Counted from the stretch's first letter, positions 15,376 through 23,230 are shown. The stretch is DNA of 33,985 nucleotides from Candidatus Micrarchaeales archaeon (GCA_049520335.1 JBEKPX010000001.1:1-33985), one strand, 5' to 3'. Translations and numbers: made by a program. Notes: generated from the sequence alone by a model not told the origin.

Positions 15376-15512
15376 TTATCATTGATATCATATATCCCAT
15401 TCCTTTTCGCTCCTTTCAGGAGCTATGCTCTACGTTAGAAGCATAAGCATATAAGAGTTCTACATGTTTCTTAGCCCGAAAAGTTAGAAACAGGTGGCAT
15501 ACTTGAGCTTGG

Positions 15513-15528
15513 ATTCTACTAGTAGAAT
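15513..15528. repeat. Perfect 16-nt palindrome ATTCTACTAGTAGAAT, 5 nt downstream of the tRNA-Leu 3' end
   Basis: The sequence is its own reverse complement. No adjacent T-run, so its role (processing signal, protein site or weak terminator) is unknown. Confidence 0.6.
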
Positions 15529-15533
15529 TGTTT

Positions 15534-15637
15534 TGCAGGGGGTGAGATTTGAACTCACGTAGGCGCTGAGGCCACAGGATCTTAAGTCCTGCGCATTTTT
15601 CTGTGGCTAAGGCCAGACCAGACTCTGCCACCCCTGC
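15534..15637 (-). tRNA. tRNA-Leu (anticodon UAA), class II with long variable arm, interrupted by a 19-nt D-loop intron
   Basis: Reverse strand: GCAGGGG-TG-GCA-GAGTCTGGT[19-nt intron]AA-TGC-G-CAGGA-CTTAAGA-TCCTG-TGGCCTCAGCGCCTAC-GTGAG-TTCAAAT-CTCAC-CCCCTGC-A. The mature length is 85 nt and no CCA is encoded. Confidence 0.8.
15598..15616 (-). other. Non-canonical tRNA intron (19 nt, after G18-G19-U20) within a bulge-helix-bulge motif
   Basis: Central helix TCTG (exon):CAGA (intron). The 3-nt bulges are GTC and AAA. The inner helix is a perfect TGGC-CTTA-GCCA hairpin. The outer helix is not contiguous with the D-stem, so this is a relaxed BHB. Confidence 0.7.
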
Positions 15638-15653
15638 ATTGAGCGAAATAGGG

Positions 15654-16391
15654 TCAAGCGTATGCGGGAGGACCCGATGCCTCCTCGGCCGCCTTGTTGT
15701 AATGCTCGTGAGAGTCCTTTGCTTTCTTTATTATGTCCCTGACTCTCGATTCCACTTCCTTCGCCTCTTCTTCCAGTTCGCTGAGATCTATCTCTATGCC
15801 TGTGAGTTTCCTTAGGCTCTCTATCGCGATTTCGGCATATTTTGGATCCATTATTATTGGATTGACCTCTACAAGAATGTTCATTGTGGGTATGTGCAGA
15901 TTATTAGCTCCTGTTATTAGCAGTGCACTGACTCCTGCTATGACTCCCTCTCGTACGGGTTTTATCCCTTCTTTTGCTGCCTTCTTCACCATCTCTGTGT
16001 CGGATGATATTATGTAAGCATTGCCGCTTTGCTTCTGTGCAGGCATGCCCCCTATAGATATTATCTTGACTATGCCGCTCTTTCTTATGAAAGAAAGGAG
16101 TTCTTCTGCAAGCTGGTATATCACATTCTGCGGAATCGTGAATTCCGAGATGACAACTATCAACTTATTCTTCGTGTTTGCATAGAGCCTCACTGTATAC
16201 ATGGGCATGCCGTTGTGCACTGCTGCTATCGGTGGGAAGAGGTCGCTCTCAATGTAGCCTATATACGTCATGTTTAGTTTTTCTATCATGTAACTGGCTG
16301 CCATTGGACCCACAAGTCCAGCTCCGGGGAATCCCTCTATGAAAGTATAGCCTTTCATGCTCATTTCTTCAAAAATATGTATCTGTATCAT
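15654..16391 (-). CDS. PAC2-family proteasome assembly chaperone (PbaA/PbaB-like) with C-terminal HbYX motif
   Basis: FIEGFPGAGLVGPMAASYMIEKL is a typical PAC2/COG1938 N-terminus. An acidic helical C-terminal arm ends in ...PPAYA (Ala-Tyr-Ala = HbYX). The likely true start is MSMKGY or MKGY (16364/16358). Confidence 0.75.
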   Translation of the reverse strand: MIQIHIFEEMSMKGYTFIEGFPGAGLVGPMAASYMIEKLNMTYIGYIESDLFPPIAAVHNGMPMYTVRLYANTKNKLIVVISEFTIPQNVIYQLAEELLSFIRKSGIVKIISIGGMPAQKQSGNAYIISSDTEMVKKAAKEGIKPVREGVIAGVSALLITGANNLHIPTMNILVEVNPIIMDPKYAEIAIESLRKLTGIEIDLSELEEEAKEVESRVRDIIKKAKDSHEHYNKAAEEASGPPAYA

Positions 16392-16520
16392 TCTATCGAG
16401 TCACTTTATCATGAAAAGTATAAAAATAGAGCATTTATCGGCATTGCCCCTTGTATTCTACTGACGACATCTCGACGATAGATATAAAAAGGTGTTCAAC
16501 GCGTTATTATAGGTGAAAGT

Positions 16521-16745
16521 ATGGCTGAGAGAATAAGTGACGAGAAAGTTAACAGAGAAAACGGCTATCTTTACTTCCTAGGTAAAGACGGTTACGTATG
16601 GAGGACCCCAATGAAGAGCAACAACCGCGGAAGAAAAGCGAGAGTTGGATCTGAAAAGATCAGCAGAACAGAAGGCTACCTTTACTTCATAGACAGAGCT
16701 GGCTATGTAGCAAGGGCAAAGATGAACAGAAGGGGAAGAAGATAG
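16521..16745 (+). CDS. Small basic protein (74 aa) with an internal duplication
   Basis: NGYLYFLGKDGYVWRTPMK and EGYLYFIDRAGYVARAKMN are two copies of G-Y-L-Y-F-x-x-(K/R)-x-G-Y-V-x-R. Each is followed by a basic stretch (NNRGRKAR, NRRGRR). GGTGA lies 6 nt upstream of the ATG, and ATATATAAAAA about 30-40 nt upstream. Confidence 0.7.
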   Translation: MAERISDEKVNRENGYLYFLGKDGYVWRTPMKSNNRGRKARVGSEKISRTEGYLYFIDRAGYVARAKMNRRGRR

Positions 16746-16753
16746 ATTCGTTT

Positions 16754-16779
16754 GGGGGCGTAATGCCCCTCTTATTTTT
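16754..16779 (+). terminator. Stem-loop GGGGC-GTAAT-GCCCC followed by a T-rich run
   Basis: 5-bp G/C stem at 16755-16769, then TCTTATTTTT. It begins 9 nt after the stop codon at 16745. Confidence 0.5.
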
Positions 16780-16884
16780 AAGTTTTTGATCTCTTAGTCT
16801 GGAATTTTTCTATTTCTGCAGAATTCGCTTGAGGAATTGATTGATAGCCAGATTTGGTGCGAGATTCTTAATAATGAATGTTGA

Positions 16885-17895
16885 ATGCATAATGATGAGT
16901 TGATGCCCAAGTTTCTTGGAAGCATTCCTGATTATCTGTTTCTTACTCTTCTTATGCTAATTATTGTTGTCGGAGTTATCGGAAATCTACTCATAATCGT
17001 TCCTATAGGATTAGTGCTATATGCGATCTATGAGTTAGTCAGGATGAAAGTCGAATCTAGGTCTAATAAGCCTTTTGTGAACCTGAAATTCTGGCTAGAG
17101 CTGGGTATTGTAATTGTCATTAGCATTTTGTTGGTCCTATTCCTAAATGTATTAGAAACTTCCCAGCAGGTAGAGACATCAACGACTTCTGTATACCAGA
17201 ATTTCACTATATCGACCACAACAACGAAATCGACAACATCACAGTTCTCTACTTCGATGTATACGACATCGATTGCACTTACCATGACTACCACAATTGA
17301 GTATTCTACACTCTCCTCGACAGCAGCAACTTTAGGTTATGGATATGGTAGTTTGTTCCTACCAGCCAACTATGCGTTATACATATGCGGCGGATCCAGC
17401 ACAGGCACGACTAAAACATCATGGACTCAAGAAACATACTTTTCTGGTTATTCGTCGGTTGGGCATCAGTATAACAGTACATGCACACTATATGTGGGTG
17501 GAATTCAGAACCAGTTCAATTCGCAGGAAGCAGCGGTTGTTGGTATTGGGCTCAATGCGTCTAACTACACGCTGTACAGCAAGGAAAACGCTTCGAGTTT
17601 CTCATTCCCTGTGAATATCGAAAATTCGTTTGTTATTGGTATAATCACAGGAGTCATACACTCTCCTAGTCCATACTTCTCAGACTTCCCGAACATACAG
17701 TATCCTGTTGGTTTCGGTTCGGGATGCAGCGTTGAAAAGCAAGAGATGACAACCCCAGTCAGGGAAAATGGCAGTTCGTTTGTAACGAGCTCCGCAAGCA
17801 TTGTGGTCTGTCAGCAAGCGCAGATTGGCAATTACAGTTTCAGCCAAAAGCTCTTTGGAGGTACATTTGCGGCGTATGTATTCGCGCCAAAGTAA
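16885..17895 (+). CDS. Membrane-anchored surface protein with Thr/Ser-rich stalk and multiple N-x-S/T sequons
   Basis: N-terminal TM segments (LFLTLLMLIIVVGVIGNLLIIVPIGLVLYAI, LELGIVIVISILLVLFLNVL). Stalk TSTTSVYQNFTISTTTTKSTTSQFSTSMYTTS. A C-terminal globular part with 4 Cys. Confidence 0.65.
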   Translation: MHNDELMPKFLGSIPDYLFLTLLMLIIVVGVIGNLLIIVPIGLVLYAIYELVRMKVESRSNKPFVNLKFWLELGIVIVISILLVLFLNVLETSQQVETSTTSVYQNFTISTTTTKSTTSQFSTSMYTTSIALTMTTTIEYSTLSSTAATLGYGYGSLFLPANYALYICGGSSTGTTKTSWTQETYFSGYSSVGHQYNSTCTLYVGGIQNQFNSQEAAVVGIGLNASNYTLYSKENASSFSFPVNIENSFVIGIITGVIHSPSPYFSDFPNIQYPVGFGSGCSVEKQEMTTPVRENGSSFVTSSASIVVCQQAQIGNYSFSQKLFGGTFAAYVFAPK

Positions 17896-17935
17896 ATGGT
17901 ACAAGGGTCTTGCGCGCTCTTTTTCAGGTATTTAG

Positions 17936-18622
17936 CTACTGATAGATGATTTTCTTTATCTTCCTGATGGCTTCTTCGGGTGTTCCTTTCTTTGGTCTTG
18001 TGATCGTCCCTCCAACTATGCAAATGCTCGCCCCATAATCTAAGATTTCGGGTATGGTGTGCTCGTCCAAACCTCCCGCCACAGCAATTGGAATGTGCGA
18101 TCTCTCGTGCATCTCTCTTACTTGAGTAAAGTCCCTTGCTTTCGTTTGGATATCTATAGGGATGTGATACTCCAAAACCGCATCGCCGCCTTCTTTGATG
18201 TAGCTGCTTATCTTCTCTTCAATCGCCTCAAGTCTGCCGTCGATGTTCATTATCCCGAGAGAGTCTACAATTGCTGTCATCTTAAGGTTTTTCGCCTTCG
18301 CCAATGCCGCATCTATAGTCTCTTCTTCAGCAACGCCAGCGATTCCAACCATATCCGCGCCGGACCTATATGCAAGCTCAACTTCGAAAGCGCCAGTATC
18401 AAGCGTCTTGAGATCTGCCGAGATTTTCGTCTCTGTGCCCACTATGCCTCTTAATCTTGGGATGACTATCTTGAGGCCCTCGTTTTTAATCAATGGAGTT
18501 CCTGCCTCACACAGGTATTCCACGTCGGCTAATTCTTTTTGAAGTATTCTTGCAATCCTTTCAGCGTCGGTAAGGTGCTCGAAATCCAATGCGACCTGCA
18601 GAATCGGCTTCTGATTGAACAT
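17936..18622 (-). CDS. hps: 3-hexulose-6-phosphate synthase (OMP-decarboxylase superfamily)
   Basis: ILQVALDF, CEAGTPLIKNEG and ISADLKTLDTG are the HPS/KGPDC pattern. 228 aa. Confidence 0.7.
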   Translation of the reverse strand: MFNQKPILQVALDFEHLTDAERIARILQKELADVEYLCEAGTPLIKNEGLKIVIPRLRGIVGTETKISADLKTLDTGAFEVELAYRSGADMVGIAGVAEEETIDAALAKAKNLKMTAIVDSLGIMNIDGRLEAIEEKISSYIKEGGDAVLEYHIPIDIQTKARDFTQVREMHERSHIPIAVAGGLDEHTIPEILDYGASICIVGGTITRPKKGTPEEAIRKIKKIIYQ

Positions 18623-18698
18623 CGATGATGAATCGGCATTAAGACTTAAATACCTTTAAAATTGTACGATTGCTTCGTAGATTACATTAGGCGATAGT

Positions 18699-20114
18699 TT
18701 ACCTAATCAGACCTATAAGCCTCCAATAGGGTATGCCGATAAACATGATCAAAAGTATTGAGATTATGCTCAAAACAATCCCATAAATTACCATTTGTTT
18801 TATCGAGAAATATCCCTCCGAGTAAAATATTATATTGGGTATTGTGTTTATTGGAAGAATCAAGGCGAGTGGTGCAATGAAGGCAATGGGCAATGCCAGT
18901 AAAGAAACAGGTACACTATAGATATTGGCTATCGCAATTGCGATTGGCATTATGATTGTTGCATAAACAGTTGTGGTAGTAAAGATTATGTGTATAAAAG
19001 TGCCAAATAATAAGACAAGTAGCACTAAAGCATATGTTGGTAAATTTGTATTCTTTTGTCCTATCAGTTCCTTAACAATTGGCGTTAGTGCTTGGGTTTG
19101 CTGCACGATTTGAGCTAAGTACATGGCTGCCGCAAAAACAAACAAGGAATCCCATGGAAGCATACCAGTGATTTTGCTTATTTTGAATATGCCTATCTTT
19201 GGCAAAAATAACGAGGCGGAGAGTACCAAACTCGTTAAGCTTGCCGCGTTGAACGGAACATACTTGTCAGCTATCCATAATATCAGAGAAATTGTGAATA
19301 TTACTGCAACAATCTTTTCCTCTCGTTTTAAGGATCCGAGTTTCTTATGCATTTCATCTATATTTTTCAATGTTTTCTTATCGCACTTGAAATCTGGCTT
19401 GAACATGAATTCTAAAAGCAACCAAGAGATTATCAGAAGGATAACGGTCAGGGGAAAAGCCATTAAAAACCAGTCTGACCAACTCAGCTTCAATCCTGCG
19501 TTAGCCATATAATTAGCAGATATCGGGTTTGGAACAGTTGCTGTAAGAAAAGCTGTTGAAGAGATGTTGTTTGCGGTCATGCACATGAGTATGATGACGG
19601 CTGCGCAGAGGCTGCCTTTCTTAAGATTTAGCGCTTCGATGAAACCGATGCATATCGGCAGCATGATGAACGCCTTAGCAGTTGTGGATGGTGAAAATGA
19701 AGATATGAATAGGTTAGCTATAGCGATGGATAGCAGGAGATACCTCGGTTTTTTATTAAAAAATAAGACGACCCTTATCGCGATTCTCTTGGCAAGACCG
19801 GTCCTGTCCATTGCGGCTGCAAGAATGAATCCAGATAAGACTATGAGTATGTTGCCTGTACCATATGCTGCTAAAACGCTTTTTATTAGGCTTTCTATAC
19901 TGACTGAAGACTGTAAAAGTAAGAGAATTAGCATTATGATAATTGAAGAAGGTATAAATCTTTTAGGAAACAGACTCCATAAAATCAGAGCTAAAAGCAT
20001 AACGCCAACGATGGCCTGATTGATGTAGACAAGAAAGAGAAATGAAACTACCGTGATGACAAGTGCAAGCTGCTTTATCTTTTCATAAGTAATAGAATCA
20101 TCCGCTAAAATCAT
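18699..20114 (-). CDS. Ion-transporter superfamily anion permease (SLC13/DASS-like)
   Basis: 471 aa, highly hydrophobic with more than 10 predicted TM segments. Re-entrant-loop-like motifs FSPSTTAKAF, ATVPNPISANY and LPINTIPNIIFY. Confidence 0.65.
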   Translation of the reverse strand: MILADDSITYEKIKQLALVITVVSFLFLVYINQAIVGVMLLALILWSLFPKRFIPSSIIIMLILLLLQSSVSIESLIKSVLAAYGTGNILIVLSGFILAAAMDRTGLAKRIAIRVVLFFNKKPRYLLLSIAIANLFISSFSPSTTAKAFIMLPICIGFIEALNLKKGSLCAAVIILMCMTANNISSTAFLTATVPNPISANYMANAGLKLSWSDWFLMAFPLTVILLIISWLLLEFMFKPDFKCDKKTLKNIDEMHKKLGSLKREEKIVAVIFTISLILWIADKYVPFNAASLTSLVLSASLFLPKIGIFKISKITGMLPWDSLFVFAAAMYLAQIVQQTQALTPIVKELIGQKNTNLPTYALVLLVLLFGTFIHIIFTTTTVYATIIMPIAIAIANIYSVPVSLLALPIAFIAPLALILPINTIPNIIFYSEGYFSIKQMVIYGIVLSIISILLIMFIGIPYWRLIGLIR

Positions 20115-20221
20115 TGCAATTCATAATTTCTTCAGATGCATTAAAAATTATTTTTCATAAACATATAGAGAAAGCGAGTATTTAAATTCTCTTAATGCGT
20201 AGGTTCGTCTGGGTGAAGCTC

Positions 20222-20620
20222 ATGAAAGGTTTTGTAACTGGTATAGAGAAAAGGACGAAAAAGAATTCTGATTTCCGCCATGTGCTGTATACAGGAAGGC
20301 ACAGCCAACTTGTGCTAATGAGACTCAAGCCGAGAGAGGAGATAGGAATGGAAGTGCACAAGACGCGCGACCAATTCTTCAGGTTTGAGAAGGGAAACGG
20401 AAAAGTAATCATTGATGGAGTGGCGCACCGCATCAGGGACGGGAGCGCTGTGATTGTTCCTGCAGGTGCCAGGCACAACGTGGTAAACACATCAAGAGCT
20501 TCTGACTTGAGGATGTACACAATCTACTCACCTCCAGAGCACCAAGACAAGGTAATACGCCACACGAAAAGGGAGGCGATGGCAAGACCCGAGGAGTTTG
20601 ACGGCAGGACGACCGAATAG
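20222..20620 (+). CDS. Cupin-domain protein
   Basis: HKTRDQFFRFEKGNGKVIIDGVAHRIRDGSAVIVPAGARHNVVNTS is a two-motif cupin barrel. The start was moved from 20195 to ATG 20222 because the TATTTAAAT box at 20180-20188 is only about 11 nt from 20195. Confidence 0.7.
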   Translation: MKGFVTGIEKRTKKNSDFRHVLYTGRHSQLVLMRLKPREEIGMEVHKTRDQFFRFEKGNGKVIIDGVAHRIRDGSAVIVPAGARHNVVNTSRASDLRMYTIYSPPEHQDKVIRHTKREAMARPEEFDGRTTE

Positions 20621-20698
20621 TAGAGGGACATTTGGGTAAAAAATTAGAAGCGACAAGAATATATTGTTTGGCAGAATAGCTTTCCAGCTGGTGGTACG

Positions 20699-21439
20699 AT
20701 GGGACTTGATGTACTAGGGGATGCATATTGGATTGATGATTACGGAAAAAGACTCGTCACAGCGGTGACAGTAAAAGATATCGAAGGCGTAAAAGAGGTG
20801 CTTAAGGAAGCTACTACTGGTTTGCAATCTTTGGTGTTATTTCATAAAGATGCTGACAAGGCACTAATTTCTACTTTGGAAAGGAGTTTACAAATTCCCA
20901 TTCCTCGGAATGAACAAATTGCAGAAGTACTTGTTGAAAACTTTGAGTTTATGGATTCACTGTCTTATCAGGGCTTGGTGCGAGCAGAAGAGTATGCAAA
21001 ATCTTTGGGAAACAATGCAATAACTGGTAAGATATCTGAAATTCTGGGAGATAGGAAAGAGCGTATAGGAATTATTGGCGTGATGGCATATCTGAAGGAA
21101 ATCAGAAATAAGACAGTAACTGATGCGTCCGGAGATAAGGTAATGCTTGGGACACTAGGAGACGCCGTCGCTTTTGCGGTCGACATGTCGGATGTTAGCA
21201 ACCTGATGAAATTAGCAAGATGGGGCATGCACGATATTTTGGATGAAGAAACGCTGGGGTTCGTAAAAGAGAGAATCAAGAAGAAGGAACAAAAAACACG
21301 AGAGATGGTGGAATTTGTGGTTGAAAGCATGGTAGAAAGAAAGCTCGTTTATAACACTTTAACAGAGATTAAGCGCTCTAACTCAGATATAAATGTGAAA
21401 ATAAAAAGGACTAGAGATATGCTTGCTTCTCATTCCTGA
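20699..21439 (+). CDS. Hypothetical protein (246 aa)
   Basis: Uninterrupted ORF. No motif was recognised. Confidence 0.5.
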   Translation: MGLDVLGDAYWIDDYGKRLVTAVTVKDIEGVKEVLKEATTGLQSLVLFHKDADKALISTLERSLQIPIPRNEQIAEVLVENFEFMDSLSYQGLVRAEEYAKSLGNNAITGKISEILGDRKERIGIIGVMAYLKEIRNKTVTDASGDKVMLGTLGDAVAFAVDMSDVSNLMKLARWGMHDILDEETLGFVKERIKKKEQKTREMVEFVVESMVERKLVYNTLTEIKRSNSDINVKIKRTRDMLASHS

Positions 21440-21667
21440 AATATCTTGCTGGTGCTCAAAATCAGCTGGCACACATGGAGATTAGAGAGCACTCTTTTTG
21501 CCATTCAATTTTGCTATTATACTCATGCTACATTAGGCTAGATCTGCGAATGCTATTTTCTCTTAATCTAGTACTAAATCACTCATGACACCAGAAATTT
21601 GCTATCTGATTCTACAAACTTTTTTATTGTAGTATGCAGCAATATGACTAGTGCTTAGGTAGTTCAT

Positions 21668-22153
21668 ATGGGATTGTTTGGAATTGGGGACGGGGAGATA
21701 ACCCTAGAGGTTAAGAATGTTAATGTAGCGTCTGGTGAGACACTAGAAGGTACAGCCACGCTTAAATTAAACAAGGATGTTAAGGGTAAAGAAGTCATTG
21801 CGATTCTGTTTGCAGAAAGGATGGAAAAGACCTGGGATTCACAAGGAAAGGTGGTATCGAAAAATGTTCAGATGTATTCGAGGTCTGAAACGCTAGATAC
21901 CGAAAAAGTTTATACAAAACAGAACAGCCCTTATCAGTACAAATTCAGTTTTGTTATTCCACAGATGGGTACGGTCATTCCAGGAATACCCACGATTGAA
22001 AATATGGTCGGTGGTTCAAGATTTGCTAGCGGTCCGATACGTTGGTATGTTAAAGTAGAGTTGAAACACGATGCGATGTTGTCTTTTCCTATTGCAAAAA
22101 CACAGGAGATAAACATAGTTGTGCAACCGCAATCTGCTGGTGGACAGAAGTAA
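21668..22153 (+). CDS. Hypothetical beta-rich protein, possibly an arrestin/SpoOM-like sandwich (weak)
   Basis: 161 aa. The N-terminal GEITLEVKNVNVASGETLEGTATLKLNKDVKGKEVIAILFAE resembles the opening strands of SpoOM/arrestin-N-like proteins. The call rests on similarity judged by eye only. Confidence 0.45.
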   Translation: MGLFGIGDGEITLEVKNVNVASGETLEGTATLKLNKDVKGKEVIAILFAERMEKTWDSQGKVVSKNVQMYSRSETLDTEKVYTKQNSPYQYKFSFVIPQMGTVIPGIPTIENMVGGSRFASGPIRWYVKVELKHDAMLSFPIAKTQEINIVVQPQSAGGQK

Positions 22154-22204
22154 AATAAATCTTACCTTTTTTAAGCCCCTCTGGAGTTTTCTTCCCTGGT
22201 TAGA

Positions 22205-22279
22205 CGGGCACGGCGGGATTTGAACCCGCAACCAACAGCTCCGCAAGCTGCCGTGCTATCCAAGTTACACCACGTGCCC
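22205..22279 (-). tRNA. tRNA-Arg (anticodon GCG), intron-less
   Basis: Reverse strand: GGGCACG-TG-GTGT-AACTTGGATA-GCAC-G-GCAGC-TTGCGGA-GCTGT-TGGTT-GCGGG-TTCAAAT-CCCGC-CGTGCCC-G. 75 nt, no CCA encoded. Confidence 0.9.
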
Positions 22280-22300
22280 TAATGCCTTTTTATATATTCT

Positions 22301-22312
22301 CCTGTATAAATA
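22301..22312. promoter_or_regulatory. Shared near-symmetric TATA element (CCTGTATAAATA) between divergent tRNA-Arg and the Zn-ribbon/EF-1beta operon
   Basis: Centred about 27 nt from the tRNA-Arg 5' end (22279) on one side and about 33 nt from ATG 22340 on the other. Confidence 0.35.
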
Positions 22313-22339
22313 GAATTCTATGCTTTCTTAAGTGATAGA

Positions 22340-22507
22340 ATGAGTTCATTAGCAGGAAAAGTATGCAGTTCATGCGGCAGGCTTAGCTCGCAGTATACCG
22401 AGTTCAAGTGCCCGAATTGTGGAAAATCGAACATCATAAGATGCAAGCACTGCAGAGAAACTTACAACAAGTACAAGTGCACTGAGTGCAAGTTCGAGGG
22501 ACCTTGA
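22340..22507 (+). CDS. Zn-ribbon protein (55 aa, four CxxC pairs), COG2888-like partner of aEF-1beta
   Basis: Below the ORF-track length cutoff. My translation: MSSLAGKVCSSCGRLSSQYTEFKCPNCGKSNIIRCKHCRETYNKYKCTECKFEGP-stop. The stop TGA overlaps the EF-1beta ATG (TGATG). Confidence 0.8.
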   Translation: MSSLAGKVCSSCGRLSSQYTEFKCPNCGKSNIIRCKHCRETYNKYKCTECKFEGP

Positions 22508-22749
22508 TGGGGGATGTCGCTGTTTTGTTTAGGATCTACACCGCCGAGGGGGGCATAGACAAGGTGAAGGCCGAGGTGGTCAAGCTAAAACCAAGAGGCC
22601 TCCAGATAGAAGACGTGGCATTCGGAATAAAGACAATAAAAGTGCTATTCATACACCCTGACTCCCATGGCAGCTCTGAGATAGAGGACGAAATAAGGAA
22701 GATTCCAGGAGTGAACGAGGTGGAAGTCCTGGAGGAAACGCTCGTCTGA
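22507..22749 (+). CDS. ef1b: Translation elongation factor aEF-1beta
   Basis: MGDVAVLFRIYTAEGGIDKVKAEVVKLKPRGLQIEDVAFGIKTIKVLFIHPDSHGSSEIEDEIRKIPGVNEVEVLEETLV is the typical ~80-aa aEF-1beta. The start was moved from 22486 to ATG 22507. Confidence 0.85.
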   Translation: MGDVAVLFRIYTAEGGIDKVKAEVVKLKPRGLQIEDVAFGIKTIKVLFIHPDSHGSSEIEDEIRKIPGVNEVEVLEETLV

Positions 22750-22750
22750 C

Positions 22751-23230
22751 TTATCCCTCCTCCTTGGCAATCCTTTCTGACCTCCTTAACCTGTCTCTTA
22801 TCCTCTTCCAGTGCGTGCCATGCCAGTATGTTTTTCCGCACTTCCTGCAGCGATAGAAGAGGCGGTGGCGCTCATATGCATCTGAAGGGACTACGCCCTT
22901 AACGTTTTCTTTGTTTACCTTCTTGATTAGTGAGTTGCAGATGGGACAGATAAGTGCCTGACCCGAGTCAATTCTTGTTCTCAAAGCATTCGCTACGTAT
23001 GCAACCTGATCCTCTATGCTGCTCTCTTTGACCAGGAATGCCTTTATGCCTGCTTTCCTTGCTCTTGCGAAAAGCTCTGCGTCTGAGGTGAGCAGCGTTG
23101 CCTTGCTCCTTTTCACGAGCTGCAGCAGCTTAGAGTCTTCCTGAAGGGGTACGTCATAGACCTTGATTCCTGCAAATCTCAGCCATCTAGCTAACTTCGC
23201 AAGCATCACGTCAGCATATACCTTTCCCAC
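22751..23230 (-). CDS. Mut7-C/DUF82 PIN-like RNase domain protein with C-terminal zinc ribbon
   Basis: (GTG)GKVYADVMLAKLARWLRFAGIKVYD...LLTSDAELF...CPICNS...YRCRKCGKTYWHGTHW is the family pattern. The start was placed at GTG 23230 rather than 23467, because the upstream 79 codons are not family-like and overlap the rad50 start. Confidence 0.7.
   Translation of the reverse strand: MGKVYADVMLAKLARWLRFAGIKVYDVPLQEDSKLLQLVKRSKATLLTSDAELFARARKAGIKAFLVKESSIEDQVAYVANALRTRIDSGQALICPICNSLIKKVNKENVKGVVPSDAYERHRLFYRCRKCGKTYWHGTHWKRIRDRLRRSERIAKEEG

Noticed and set aside
21440-21667. 228-nt intergenic region as a possible ncRNA (C/D box or other)
   Set aside because: No C/D box pair was found, only a weak 6-bp inverted repeat (CTAGAT...ATCTAG). 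There is nothing I can support from sequence alone.
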